Shown here piece after piece: positions 11,941-25,300 of a stretch of DNA of 64,000 nt (the first letter of the stretch is position 1; each line of letters begins with the position of its first letter). The position numbers were made by a program, and so were the translations under genes. The stretch spans positions 384,896 to 448,895 of the forward strand of contig NMRA01000083.1 in assembly GCA_002633005.1 (NCBI GenBank), read 5' to 3'. The stretch is from Phoronis australis. Lineage: Eukaryota > Animalia > Phoronida. The notes below the pieces were generated by a model, which did not search any database, was not told where the DNA came from, and worked only from the letters and a program-made list of their open reading frames with translations.

Positions 11941-12341
11941 GGCCTGGTCTCTAATCTTTGTACTCGAAACGAACTCGAAACTATTTTTGGCAATTTTTCT
12001 GCTCCTTTTGTGCGAACTTAAGATAATTGGTTATCAAACTGTGCTCGAATACATTATAGTTTATGCATAGGAGTTTCTAGTTCAAGTTTGCACTTGAAGA
12101 CCCTTATATTCGTGCTACAAACTCGAGTAAAAACTTGAAATTTCGAGTTCAAACTCGAACTTATTGCTTTAATATTTGGTTTACAAACTGTGAACTAAGG
12201 GCAATAAATTATCTACGTAAGTTATTGTGTACTCGAGCATAGAATAATAGACACTTATCTTGAGTTCGCCCAAAAGTAGAGTAGAAAATGCCAAACCTAA
12301 TTTCGAGTTCCATTTCGAGTAAAAAGATTGGAGACTGGGCC
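11941..12341 (+). mobile_element. PIF/Harbinger-like MITE, 401 bp, copy 1
   Basis: TIRs GGCCTGGTCTCTAATCTTT and AAAGATTGGAGACTGGGCC, TSD CAG in a CCAGG site. A highly similar inverted copy lies at 24344-24744. Confidence 0.85.
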
Positions 12342-13446
12342 CAGGAAGTTTCGGCGGCTTTCCTTCACGAAACAAAAGAAAATTTACAACCGTGAATTCT
12401 TGTCTTGGCTCCTACCCTCTTCTTATTCTAGGTTCTGAGTTCCGATCAAGACGCAGAATGCTCGTGTTGCAGGTCCGCGAGTCCCTGGATTTTCCATTTT
12501 TGGAAGTCCTGTGTGGCATTTCCTACGGCTGCGCTTTATACGTTCAACATGCGCGCACCCAGCCTAAAATATAGGGGGCTCGAATTTTCCGGTATGTGGC
12601 AGTGGAGGATCTAGGATATATCACAAGGGGGGGCCAAACATTTTGTCAGGAGGGGGGTTTGCTCCCCCTCCCACCCAGGAAACTTTTTCTGTTTTTTCCT
12701 CTAAAAATCAAGCATTTTCCTAGATTCCTGAAGTGTTATCCAAGAAAAAAAGGCAAAGAAATAAAAAACACGAAGAACGTGTCAAACTTGAAAAACTGCA
12801 ATTACCACAGACTCAAACTCACGACCTGGCGATTAGACCGCGCGTGCTTTACCACGAATTTCACTCGTAAGAGTTTACTAAGAGACCTACTTGTTTATGG
12901 TCAACAGCATTTGCGCGCGAAACCTACTTCTTTTTGTAATGTTTATTACACTTTTTATATTTTGTGCAATCAGTTCGTAACAAATTTGTTTTATTTAAAG
13001 TAGTCGTCAATTGCCCAAAAGACCAAATCCGTTATTTTGTGTTGGCATTAATGACGCGATTGCTTTGGAAATCATCTTAAGTTTTGACAAAGAGAGAATT
13101 TTGAGTTTCTGAGTAATTCACTGAGGCTTCAATTAAAATTCACATCTTACCAGCAGCTTCTGTTTTTTCATCGTCACTCAAATTCCATTTTCTTTAAAAA
13201 ATGAAGTAATTTTCTTCATTGCACAGTGAAGCAGACGACGGAAACGGAGTCGTAGTGCGCAGCGCCACTGCCGGTCGCCTGGGATATCGCGGGAGAGCCT
13301 ATACTTAGCAATAGTTCCGTTACGATTGAGCCGTGTTCTGAATTTGACACTTGAAATTGGATCTGAGCGCCCCCCCCCCAAACACACTAAAACTGCACAC
13401 ATTTCAATCTTATTTCCGCCGTATAATGTTGGTTTCAGAACAGGAT

Positions 13447-16400
13447 TCATTTTGATTTCACAAGTTTCCTTGCAAAGTCGTTGGAACATCGATAGCACTG
13501 AGTAATCCTAAACAATATGGCTATATTGACCACTAAGAAGACAACCGAACATATCCATAACTGCAGCAGAACATCTTGGCCTTGAAACTCCAATCTGTAA
13601 GCTACCGATAACCAAAGGGCCTGAAAAGAAGATTGAAAATGTGGATGTGATGCTGAAATTCCAGCCAGTTCGTGAAATGCAAAGTTAAGTGATGGCTAGA
13701 CCAACAGCAGTTGAAGGTTCACACAGTGTTTACATGAACTTTAAATACTCTACTGAAATACATGCAAGATGATAATGTATTTTGAAATACATTCCTGCTA
13801 TAAACCTTCTGTCAAAAAGACTACGGTCAAGTTTCCTCTAATTCGAACAAAAATAATAGCCGAAACTGTCATTTTTTCATTTTTCAAATGCCCACTTCAT
13901 CACCAAAAATTTTCAAAATTTCACTGTGCGTTTTTTGAAGACAAATGTACTATTTATAGTATTCTTGTCTACTCTTGTTGAAAATTTATATCAAATAGAA
14001 TTTTACTGTATCACCATATTGTGTTCCAATTTAAAGAAACTTTACAATAACACAGGCACCCGAAACAGAGAACATTCACTCAAATGAACACTGGAGAAAA
14101 AAATCACCTTTCAGAGCATGAGTTGTAAATCTTTGTGAACCTTTTTGCCAAAAGAAGGTCTGCACTCATTTCTTCATTACCCTGCTCAACAAAACCTTCC
14201 TATGCTTGCGACTAACTTTTGACTTAGGCCACTTACCGCTATGCCACTTGTCTCAACTTGTTTCTTTACTCGGGACCAGAAATGATTTCTGGGCTTGGGA
14301 AATAAAATGACTCGCTGTGACAAGCTAACGTGTTGAACCTGGCCTCGAGTTAATGATAATTCTTCCCAAACCAAGAAAGCACCTCAAATTTGAGAAACAA
14401 AAGATGAGACCAATTTCATAATGGTAAGTGGTCTAAATCAAAGGTAATTTTTTGACAAATGGTATACAACAGCTTCACTATATACCCCTACGGTATGGTA
14501 GCTTTTACGGTATTTCAGACGTTTAGGATAACATGAAAAGCCATTGAACCAGACAAATGAAAAACGGGTCACTGATGTCCTTCCATTATAATCATTTTCT
14601 CTTCGACAAGGTGCAGTACATAGTTTTCAAAAAATAAGCTGCAGAATTAGGTCAAAATTCGTCTGGCTTTTTCGAATTGATTGCAAAAACCCAGAAAGAA
14701 ACCAGATGAAAAATAAGTGATAAATCATCTGAAAAGTAGTTACACAACTTTGTCTCGAAACTACACCAATTTTTGACAATGAAATATTGTTAACTATTTT
14801 TGAAAACTGCATTCTTGCAGTCTTCAAATTCATCATCAGGGTTAACTTTTCTTTTGATGGCTAATCTTTAAAATGCAGATACCAAGAATTTTCACAATTT
14901 TTAGTTCTGTTCCTCCCCTCAGACATGGTCATTTTCTGTAGCAACAAGTTTAGCTTGCAACCAAACTTACCTGGGACAGCACCCAGCTTGTAACCATGGC
15001 AACAGTTTGCAGGACACCGATATGCATCAGTGATGGGATCACCAATGGCAGAATACACAGGTACCACAGAAAGTACTGAAAGTGCAGAATGGTTAATAAT
15101 TCACGTCCAAAATTATTGACGAAATTTTCAGATATAAAATTCTACCGAAATAGTTTTTCACGGCAGACTTCACGTCAAATAAATAGATAAATGGTGACGA
15201 GAAGCATTGTGAAAAATAAAGCAAATATTAAATTTTATGAAATTTGATAAGAGTGCCAGCAAGAGATGAACAATTCTCCTCATACAGAAACATTTTCAGA
15301 AACGCTTTTAGAAATGGTAAAAAAGCTGTCCATCCACCATAGGCTAACTTAAACAAAGGCGAAAAAAGGATTAGGCCACACAATATTAGGCCAAACAATA
15401 TCAGATTTTTGCTCAATGCATGAGTATTTTCATGTTTATTGTGACTGTTTCACAAACAGCATGTTTTCAAACAGTAGTCAAATAATGCCACCAACAAACA
15501 GTAGCCAAATAATGCCACCAACAAACAGTAGCTAAATAATGCCACCAACAAACAGTAGTCAAATAATGTCACCAACAAACAGTAGTCAAATAATTCCACC
15601 AATTTTGACTTTATCAACTGTCTCCGTTTTGGCAGGCCCATCTCCAATTCTATCAAAGCACCACAATATCTCCCTATTTGATACATGCAACAATATTTAC
15701 ATGACACCATTGAGTTACTGCGTGGCAGCATATTTTTGTATATTATTGTGTTTACCACATTACACACTCCTGTTTCATTTCACAGACACCACTAAACCAT
15801 AAAGAATATAAAAATGTCATCGGCACGATGCTTCTGAGTGTTGGTACAGACATTTCCCCCTTGCGGTATGGCCTGAATCCAGATGACCCACTTTTTTATT
15901 TTTGGTATGCTGGCATGTATACAATTTACACCAAATGGTTTAACTAAAGTTATAGTGGAATCAAAAGTACGATCAAAAAGAGGACTGCATACGATCCTGT
16001 CTATCTGACACTCAACCAACCAGAGAGAATAAGCAATTTGACATGATATATAAACAAGCATTATAATGGATTTCACTTGCCTGAGATGTAACTACTTTGT
16101 TGAATGTCACAAACACAAATGTGTTGAGAAAGAAGCAATATGGCAGATCTCTGTAGTTCTGGAATGAGTAGACGACTAACAGCGCCACCTGTGGGATGAA
16201 GGCAGCCAATCCTATGATAGATGAATACTTTGTCTGGGCCGTCACATACAGCATGTAGAAGTACACGGAGAAGTTGTGGCGAACATCTCGACGAGTAACG
16301 TGATAGAGGTAGGTCTCATGGAGGAATTCATCTCCGTACCTGATTGATGAAATAAAGTTGGCATAACCACAGATACACATGAGTGTGAAATCTCAAAAGT

Positions 16401-17884
16401 GGGTTCGTCTTACTTCTCTGTAATTAACATACGTAAGATTTACCTTGAAGCAAATGCAAGCAGCTTTAATATCAAAAGGGAATTTGTCAAGGATAAAGTG
16501 AGGTCGTCTTTCAGCAACAGGAAATATACAAAACAACCTCAGTCTGATTGATCATACGAGTTTTCCTTTATATCACAACTGCTTGCAGTTTTTAAGTGAA
16601 ATACTATTCCAGGGTATAGTTCAGTAACGCTAGGACTTCGCTAAAAAGCAATACTTTGTGAGATTACGTGAGATATTGCCGAGTATTCAAAATGAGAATA
16701 CATGACTGGGGCTGGATTTTAGTTCGGTCTTAGCGTAGATCCTAGCGTTACTGAACACTACCCAGGATGTTGTGACTGCAGAAAAATTAGGATTTCCAGC
16801 CACGGTTGTCGCCAGGATTGTTACATTATTGAGCACAGTACTACTGCTGTTTATCACGAACAGAAAATTGTAATGAACTCGTTCTCACCTTAAGTAACAC
16901 ATGCCTGTCAATCCAATGAATACGGAAACAGAAACAATGACAAACTCTATTCTGCATTTGTTTGGTATGAGCTTTTTCATTAAGACAGTCAAGTTAGATG
17001 CTTGGTTCTTAGAGTCTTTTACTCCTTCCAGGAAGAGATAGATAGGTAGAGCATAGGTGACAGGATATATCTTCATGTGTACAGAGGCACCATAGACACA
17101 TGCGGCCAACTTGTGCTGTTTTCGCTGTAGTAAATACAATGTGTTCAACACCAGGACAGCCATGACAGACTCTGCATTTCCTCTGCTTGACACAGTGGCA
17201 GCCATTGGGTTGAATAGCCATAGACAAGCACAAACCAACGATGTGGTGACAGTATAGGACTGGCGGAGGAGAATATGATAGAGTATGTATCCTGCCAGCA
17301 CGTCACAGAGGATGAAGAGTAGCTTGCCACAGTGTGGGTGTACATAGATGTTGGGAGTGACCATCATGGCGAGGAAGGGTGTATACCTGTAGGTGGCGCG
17401 CCTGTAAGGAGACTGGCCCTGGAATAAGATCTTTCACAATAACAAAAAATATTTTTATGTTCAATCACACAAGTAGCAGGCAAGTGGGTGGTAATTTCTT
17501 TCACAAGTTACTAGTAATTACACGTAACGTAATGGCAAATTATCAAGAAGTCTCAACACTTTCCAATGAAAATAAGTAAAAAACATGACACAATTTTAAC
17601 AAGGAAACTAGTCATCAGGACATTCAATTCAATTACCCACCTGAAAATAAAAACTTCTTTCAATTTATATGTCAGAATTATAAAAGCACGTGAAAGCACA
17701 GGATTAATAGACATAACATAACATTATTTCACACCTGAGTGATAAACCTTGCAGCGTCAGTAAACACATGGTAATCAACATCAGTGTACTTCACGTCCAT
17801 GACTTGATCTTGCCAGTCTCCATACAACAACAACAACAGTCTAAAGAATACGGCCAGCAACAGACAATGCCACAGTCTGACCAT
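13447..17884 (-). CDS. PIGM: GPI mannosyltransferase 1 (PIG-M), 5 coding exons, ~405 aa
   Basis: Exons 17884-17735, 17418-16889, 16339-16081, 15075-14971 and 13620-13447, all phase-compatible. Hallmark motifs [15 protein letters not shown] (DxD), [62 protein letters not shown]. Confidence 0.95.
14214..14445. mobile_element. MITE family with AACTTTTGATTTAGACCAC-type TIRs, copy in PIG-M intron 4
   Basis: AACTTTTGACTTAGGCCACTTACC ... GGTAAGTGGTCTAAATCAAAGGT. Confidence 0.7.
15468..15602. repeat. 27-bp minisatellite, ~4.5 copies, in PIG-M intron 3
   Basis: Unit AATAATGCCACCAACAAACAGTAG(T/C)CA. Confidence 0.9.
16613..16762. mobile_element. 150-bp Harbinger-like MITE in PIG-M intron 2
   Basis: TIRs GGTATAGTTCAGTAACGCTAGGA and TCCTAGCGTTACTGAACACTACC, TSD CAG in a CCAGG site. 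Relatives at 19586-19736 and ~59772-59870. Confidence 0.8.
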
Positions 17885-18309
17885 CGTGACGAACACCACC
17901 CAAGGCAGCAAGTCAGAAAGTGCCTTGGACTAAGTGAATCAGTGAATGTCACTTTGGAATCGAACTGAATCAGACCTGGTCACCCACTGTCATTGCTAAG
18001 CAGGTCCCCGTATAAGCTGCCTGCTCTCCGCTCTCGGCGTGGCTTTGCCGTGGCTAGCACTTGGTTTTCCACCCAGACGTTAAGGTGTATATGAAGAAAT
18101 TGCTTAGGACCCGTGTCACTTGTGTTGAGAGACCTCTTCCGATCTTGTCCATGTGATACCGCAGCAAATGGGAATTCCTTATCTGATTGGTTGAAGTGTG
18201 CTTCTCGTGGATTCTCGCTTGCAGGAAACCCCTACTAGATTGCAGAGTTTCGGTTACTGATCAGACACGGCATTGTTGTAATTATTAAAACATAAGCTGT
18301 CACGACGTT
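17885..18309. promoter_or_regulatory. Putative bidirectional promoter shared by PIG-M and the UBE2Q-like gene
   Basis: Divergent start codons are only 425 bp apart. The region is relatively CpG-rich and has an inverted CCAAT box (CTGATTGG, 18183-18190). Confidence 0.6.
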
Positions 18310-18489
18310 ATGGATTTCCTTAACGCAAGACAGATGTCGGAGATATGGACTTCTTCCGATAGAACGTATTTTGAATTAATTTTGGCAGACGAAAGTGAAC
18401 GAAAACTAGTGTTCAGCTGCGGTCCAATTTCGTTCTTCGTGATTTGTCCAGACTGCAAAGCGGAAAAGGAAGAAGACAGGAAGAGATGG
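18310..18489 (+). CDS. UBE2Q-like exon 1, first (allelic duplicate) copy
   Basis: Encodes the same 60 residues as 19396-19575 and is followed by the donor GTAAAT. Confidence 0.7.
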
Positions 18490-19395
18490 GTAAATCCAGC
18501 TTGTCCGGGTCTATAGCCTGGGGCTACTCCACTGTTTTAGGGCATGCAACTGAGAAATTAGTACATACACCTTTTGTTTTGTATAGTTACCTTATTGTCT
18601 TATTGAAAGTTTATTAAAAAACAATCACCCCTATTATCAGCCAACTACTGAACTAGTAAAAAAATAACTTGCCTGCCAATGAACCCCATAGGCAACACGT
18701 AGCCCTCGGTCGATGTAATTGCCTACGAACCCGCATGCGGACCATGGAAAGCCTACCACACAATTGGTGTAGTCGATAGTGAGGTTTTTAGGCCAATTCT
18801 AGTACAGGGAGCGGCTGATGAGAGTGTTCCAAGCAAGCACAACTAAGATGCCTGACAGNATCAACATCAGTGTACTTCACGTCCATGACTTGATCTTGCC
18901 AGTCTCCATACAACAACAACAACAGTCTAAAGAATACGGCCAGCAACAGACAATGCCACAGTCTGACCATCGTGACGAACACCACCCAAGGCAGCAAGTC
19001 AGAAAGTGCCTTGGACTAAGTGAATCAGTGAATGTCACTTTGGAATCGAACTGAATCAGACCTGGTCACCCACTGTCATTGCTAAGCAGGTCCCCGTATA
19101 AGCTGCCTGCTCTCCGCTCTCGGCGTGGCTTTGCCGTGGCTAGCACTTGGTTTTCCACCCAGACGTTAAGGTGTATATGAAGAAATTGCTTAGGACCCGT
19201 GTCACTTGTGTTGAGAGACCTCTTCCGATCTTGTCCATGTGATACCGCAGCAAATGGGAATTCCTTATCTGATTGGTTGAAGTGTGCTTCTCGTGGATTC
19301 TCGCTTGCAGGAAACCCCTTCTAGATAGCAGAGTTTCGGTTACTGATCAGACACGGCATTGTTGTAATTATTAAAACACAAGCTGTCACGACATT

Positions 19396-22300
19396 ATGGA
19401 TTTCCTTAACGCAAGACAGATGTCGGAGATATGGACTTCTTCCGATAGAACGTATTTTGAATTAATTCTGGCAGACGAAAGTGAACGAAAACTAGTGTTC
19501 AGTTGCGGTCCAATTTCGTTCTTCGTGATTTGTCCAGACTGCAAAGCGGAAAAGGAAGAAGACAGGAAGAGATGGGTAAATCCTGCCTCCCGTTCAGTAA
19601 CGCTAGGACCTAGCTAAAAAGCAAGACTTCGCCGGATTACGTGAGATATTGCCGTGCATTTTAAATGAGAGCACGTGACTTTGACTAGGTTTTAGCTAGG
19701 TCCTAGCGTAGGTCCTAGCGTCTACTGAACGCACGCCAGCTTGCCCGGGTCTATAGCCTGGGGCTACTCCACTGTTTTAGGGTGTGCAACTGAGAAATTA
19801 GTACATGCACCTTTTGTTTTGTATTGTTACCTTATTGTCTTATTGAAAGTTTATTAAAAAACAATCACCCCGATTATCAGCCAATTACTGAACTAGTAGT
19901 AGTAAAAAATAATTTGCCTGCCAACGAACCCCCTGTCCCCCTAGGCAACACGTAGCCCCGCGGTCGATGTAATTGTCTACGAACCCGCATGCCGACAATG
20001 GAAAGCCTACCACACAATTGGTGTAGTCGATAGTGAGGTTTTTAGGCCCATTCTATCTATTACAGGGAGCGGCTGTTGAGAGTGTTCCAAGCAAGCACAA
20101 CTAAGATGCCTGACAGCTTTTTACATTTGCTCGGATGGGAAATTACAAATGCCGTATTGCCCGAAAACTCCCCGACTGTTTTTTTAGTCAAGTGGAAAGT
20201 CAATTTTGCCATATTTGTGAAAAAGTGGGATATTTTGATGGCGTGGCGGAAAACTAAGCGAAACAGTCCTACCAGTAAAAAGGGGACTGGCTGCAGGCTT
20301 TACAAAACTAGCGGATGAACGCTTCTGTTGCAAGCAGTCTGGTACACGTTGTCATGCACAGTCTGGTACACGTTGTCATGCACAGTCTGGTACACGTTGT
20401 CATGCACAAGCTGCTCAGGAGGGCCCATTCCACTGATCACATGACACCATTTTTATGCTAAGAAGTGCTTACTTCGTCCCACTAGGCCACAGTGCCACCT
20501 CTGTTTGAGACCATGCTCTGCTGAGCGTAAAGTGACCAGCAATGGCAAGCCCATTGTTACTTGTTGAGCCTGATTTCATGCGACGACGAAGCATGGGTGG
20601 CGCACCACAGGGAGTTGGCAGGCTATAGCCTCCCTCCTTTTTTTAGTGCTGTGCCGCCCATGCAAACTGTAAGGTCTTTCCAAGTTCAGAAAAATGACTT
20701 CTAGAGTGAGTAATGTACAAATTGATACCAATGCTGCATCTGGTACATTGGGTGATGCCTTTGCTGCTCAAAATGACTGGGCAGGTTAAACCATAGGGGG
20801 ACTTATTTCGATCTTTTAGAACAAACCTATTATACACCATAAGGAAAGAAGGGAGTATTGCGTATTCCATTCACATTTACGTGGAACTTCCAAAAGTGAG
20901 GCGAGGTTTGTAATCTCGCCACTACGTGACGCACTTGATTACCTGCTGCCTGACCTTTGTTTGAGATGAGACAATGAATGACCCTGACCGAAGATCAAGC
21001 TGCAGGAAATCATGGCAATTGACACATGTGTCACATAGTGGTGAGATTGTGAACCTCGCCAGACTTCCCCCATTTCTATACAGGTTTGTTATGGTGTATG
21101 CATTACTCACTTCTTTACTTATGGTGTATGGTAGATGTACATTCTAAAAGATCAATTAAGCCAACTCATAGAGCCTGTACCCAGTCTTGGCCCTCAGATA
21201 GGCACCATCTTCTAAGCATCATCGGGTTGTTCCCAGGCACGTCACCATCAGTGATGGTTCATTTTTCCTTTCAATAAGAAAATTATGGACTGAGTTTTAA
21301 CATTGTGTACTAAATGTCTAGCAGATAGAAGATGGATGTAACATATGTCCTCGGCTAGGAGATATCCCTGGGGTTTACTATTTTTGATGGGGCAGTGCAA
21401 GTGGAAAATTGGAATACCCACCTATTTAGAGAGTGAACTTGAAAAAGGGGTACCACATATAAAGGGCTTCTATAAAAAGTCAGCCTTCGGTAAGCTTCTG
21501 TTTCAGAAACATCTCCCTTTCATGTCTCGGTTCGTTCTATAAACGTAACGTAAACGTAACTTAACCCTTTTGCAGATATTCTTTTTCTACCCAAATCTTG
21601 TTGCTAAAAATTTGTATATCTTAAGCAACCAAGCTTCTAAAAATAAAGATGACTTCTAGTTACCCTTTTGCATGTTGTTGTAGATGGGACTTTATACGTT
21701 TTGAACCCAGCCTAAGAGAACCTTTTTGTAGGTAACTAAATCAAAAAGTGCATTCTTTTGTAGGAAAAGGCACCCAGGTTTTGTAGGGAAACTAGTTGTA
21801 AGTTATCTATCTGAGTTACAAGTCCGTATCCAAGTACTCGTGGCAAGTTCGCAAATGCCTGTATTCGGTTACATGCGGCTATATGACATGAAGTTGCTTC
21901 AATATCTGGTATTAAGGCACATGTGCTTAGGTTTATATGGGAAACACTAGAGTAAAACCAAGGGACCAATAGGGGACTTTTCATATTGGCACTCTCCAGA
22001 GTAGTGAGAGTATGAATTTAACCTGATCCCAACTCTGGTTTGGTTAACAGAAATTCACTGCTACATGTAGTGGTTCATTAATTTAAAAACAGAGGAATAA
22101 AGTCCACTGTCAACCCATCCCATTGTTTGATAAGGTTAAGTTCACCAATTTATTTTAGCTTCTTGACAACAGCTAGGATCAAAATTCTCCAGCTTTATCA
22201 GTAGCAGCCACTGGCTTTGGCGCGGACTCTTCCTTGCAGTGGGAAATGCATGGAACATGATGTCCTTGTTCATTCATTAATAATTCAAAAGGCATGCCTT

Positions 22301-25300
22301 TTTTCCATTAGACATTAGTACATCCTATCATTCAGCAATGGAATATCGCCACCATTATGATAACAGGAAAGGTGTTCATACCAGTAGGTTGAAACCTTCA
22401 GTCTGCATTACATGAGATCTGTAGGTGGCGCTGAACACCTGTCCATCTAAGATCTGCTTGCCGTATGACGGGATAGTGAATTCCAATATGGTGCGACTAT
22501 TTCGAAATTCAGCCATTTCCAAAATGAGTTTGAAATTGACTTATCCATTATGAAATGGTAAATTGTGATGCGCCATTCAAAAATAAATCTATTAATTGAA
22601 TGAAAAGTAATTACAAAAACATATCTATGGCAGGAGAAATTAATGGGAATTAATTTCCTGCTTAACATTACATGGATTGATCGCCACATGACCGCAGGTG
22701 TTTTGCGGCTTTAGTTACATTGCATCTTTTGACTCGGATCTTTGTGAGCCTGAGCATGATTCTATTGGAAAGCAGTGCTATCTGACGAGGCGTGTAGTCT
22801 GTGCAGTGCTAGACAATGCCAAGTATAACTTGTCGTATTAAAAATTGATGTATCGAGTGGATATTCATTATTTTATGAAGAACCAGTCGAAACTATCACC
22901 TTGAATCCAGCACTGGTGTCATCCCATTCTGTGTTGACAGCCCAGTACAGCAAACCAGCTTTCTGACATATCAGTAAGAATTATTAGTCTCATTTAGGCT
23001 CTATGTAGTCACGTTAAGTGACCTTAATTAAGTCAAGTTTGGGACCTTGCAGTGCAGACTAAGACTCAAAACTGCGTATTGCATGGTTGACTTATTTACT
23101 GTACAATATAGTGGAAAGGAAGAATTACAATTTATGAAATTTCCTAGCAAAAATAAGTTTCGAGAACATTATTCGTTTTTAGGATAGCTTGTGCTGTGCA
23201 AAAGCCATAAAACATCACTCGAGGTAAAAGTGGGCATTCGTAGCATGATAATTAGATAATAGAAAAATGACAATTTTTGCAAATTTTGCAGAATTACTCC
23301 ACTTGCCATATATCACTTTCTTAAGTAAACTGAACAATGTTCTGGTGTCTTGTTTCAGGAAAGTCACTGAATGTATTTGCATGCTCTTAATTATGATAAT
23401 ATATAACATGAACTAAACGACAATGCTATTTTAACATAATCTATGCTACATAAAGTGCAGTTGTATTCATTGACAAATTGTGAATGTGAAAACAAAAAAA
23501 TCTGCCAAAAGGTGACCTTTACACTAATGATGTACCTTGGGAGCTCATATAGCCTCCATCATGCCAATACTACGCCACGATACTTACAGGACATGGTTCA
23601 GTGATTTGCGGCAGATCATTTTTGCCACAAAACTCGTTCTTAAAAACATTTGGCAATTTTCATGCTCCTTCATAATCGTTGCTATATTTTGTGTTTCTAA
23701 CTAATTTGGTCAAGCAATCACAGAGATGAGGAATTAGCCTGCAAGAAATTTGATTTTGCACTCCACACAACTATTTCTGGAAAATTATTAAATTTCACTT
23801 GAGCAAAAGTACAAAGGCTCTGAGAATATCCCCCCAAACTGCCAGTTACTGAGATAGTTTCTTTGAATTATTCATAGACTGTGATGCACTCATAATTACT
23901 TGGCTAAATCTTTTTTCAGCAATCGCGAAGTGGAGCGTAAGGCCAAATTGATATTTAGTCCTAAAAGGTTGCTTAACCCCGTCTTGATGATTTAAACCAT
24001 CGTTGTGTCACCTGCTGATGCAGCCATTGGTGTCAATCTTGAAATATAAAATCAGTAATGAGCTATAAAGATCCGTACTTTCTGTGTCACAGATTGGATA
24101 TTATGGTTCTTAGTGGATGATGTTTCCCTACAGAGCAATTCTCTAAAAACCTAGGTTGTACTTGCCTGTTTAGCAGACTTTGAAAGGAGTTTTAAAATTT
24201 TCCTCCAAACCTTTGAGGGTTGTCGAGGGTTACACAGCATTATTTTGTTTCAGAGAATTAGATGGGAACGTCGTTTTGATATCTGTTAATAGGCCAAAAC
24301 TGGGTTTGGTATTCGTTTAGCTCCCTTTCATGAAACAGACCTGGGCCCGGTCTCCAATCTTTTTACTCGAAATGGAACTCGAAATTAGGTTCGGTATTTT
24401 CTACTCTACTTTTGGGCGAACTCAAGATAAGTGTCTATTATTCTATGCTCGAGTACACAATGACTTACGTAGATAATTTATTGCCCTTAGTTCACAGTTT
24501 GTAAACCCAATATTAAAGCAATAAGTTCGAGTTTGAACTCGAAATTTCGAGTTTTTACTCGAGTTTGTAGCACGAATATAAGGGCCTTCAAGGGCAAACT
24601 TGAACTAGAAACTCCTATGCATAAACTATAATGTATTCGAGCACAGTCTGATAACCAATTATCTTAAGTTCGCACAAAAGGAGCAGAGAAATTGCCCAAA
24701 ATATTTTCGAGTTCGTTTCGAGTACAAAGATTAGAGACCGGGCCCTGGTATCAAAATCAATTTTCTTCGGAGGCCTATTTGCTTTTTGAAAGCAATCCGA
24801 TCACATTCTTCTCTTTTGTTTGATTTCAACAGTTTCAATAAAATATGTGACGGCCATTAGGCTTCAACAGATGAAACTAACCCACCATGAAAAGCAACTT
24901 ACTGAGCATGGCGTGCGTTTCCTAGATGCGAGAACCTCGCAAGATCACGCAAGACTTTGGAAGATATTGCATGTATTACAAGACTTTGCAAGATCTTGCG
25001 TGTACCACAAGACTTTGCAAGATCTTGCATGTATTACAAGACTTTGCAAGATTTTGCATGTATTACAAGACTTTGCAAGATGTTGCATGTATTACAAGAC
25101 TTTGCAATATCTTGCATGTATTACTAGACTTTGCAAGATCTTGCATGTATTACAAGACTTTGTAAGATCTTGCATGTATTACAAGACTTTGCAAGATCTT
25201 GCATGTATTACTAGACTTTACAAGATCTTGCATGTATTACAAAACTTTGCAAGATCTTGCATGTATTACAAGCAAAGCACGTGATCATACTACTTTCCTT

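Larger units (their letters stand above)
17774..20116. other. Duplication (17774-18858 and 18860-20116) across a single N, repeating the promoter, part of PIG-M exon 1 and UBE2Q-like exon 1; probable haplotype artefact
   Basis: N at 18859. Copies are near-identical apart from SNPs, small indels and a MITE present only in the second copy. Confidence 0.85.

Noticed and set aside
18788-18997. A second PIG-M paralog or pseudogene
   Set aside because: It is a partial exon-1 copy ending at N18859, best explained as an uncollapsed allele.
24820-25284. 154-aa Cys-rich repetitive ORF
   Set aside because: It is the translation of a 29-bp minisatellite (period not a multiple of 3) inside an intron.
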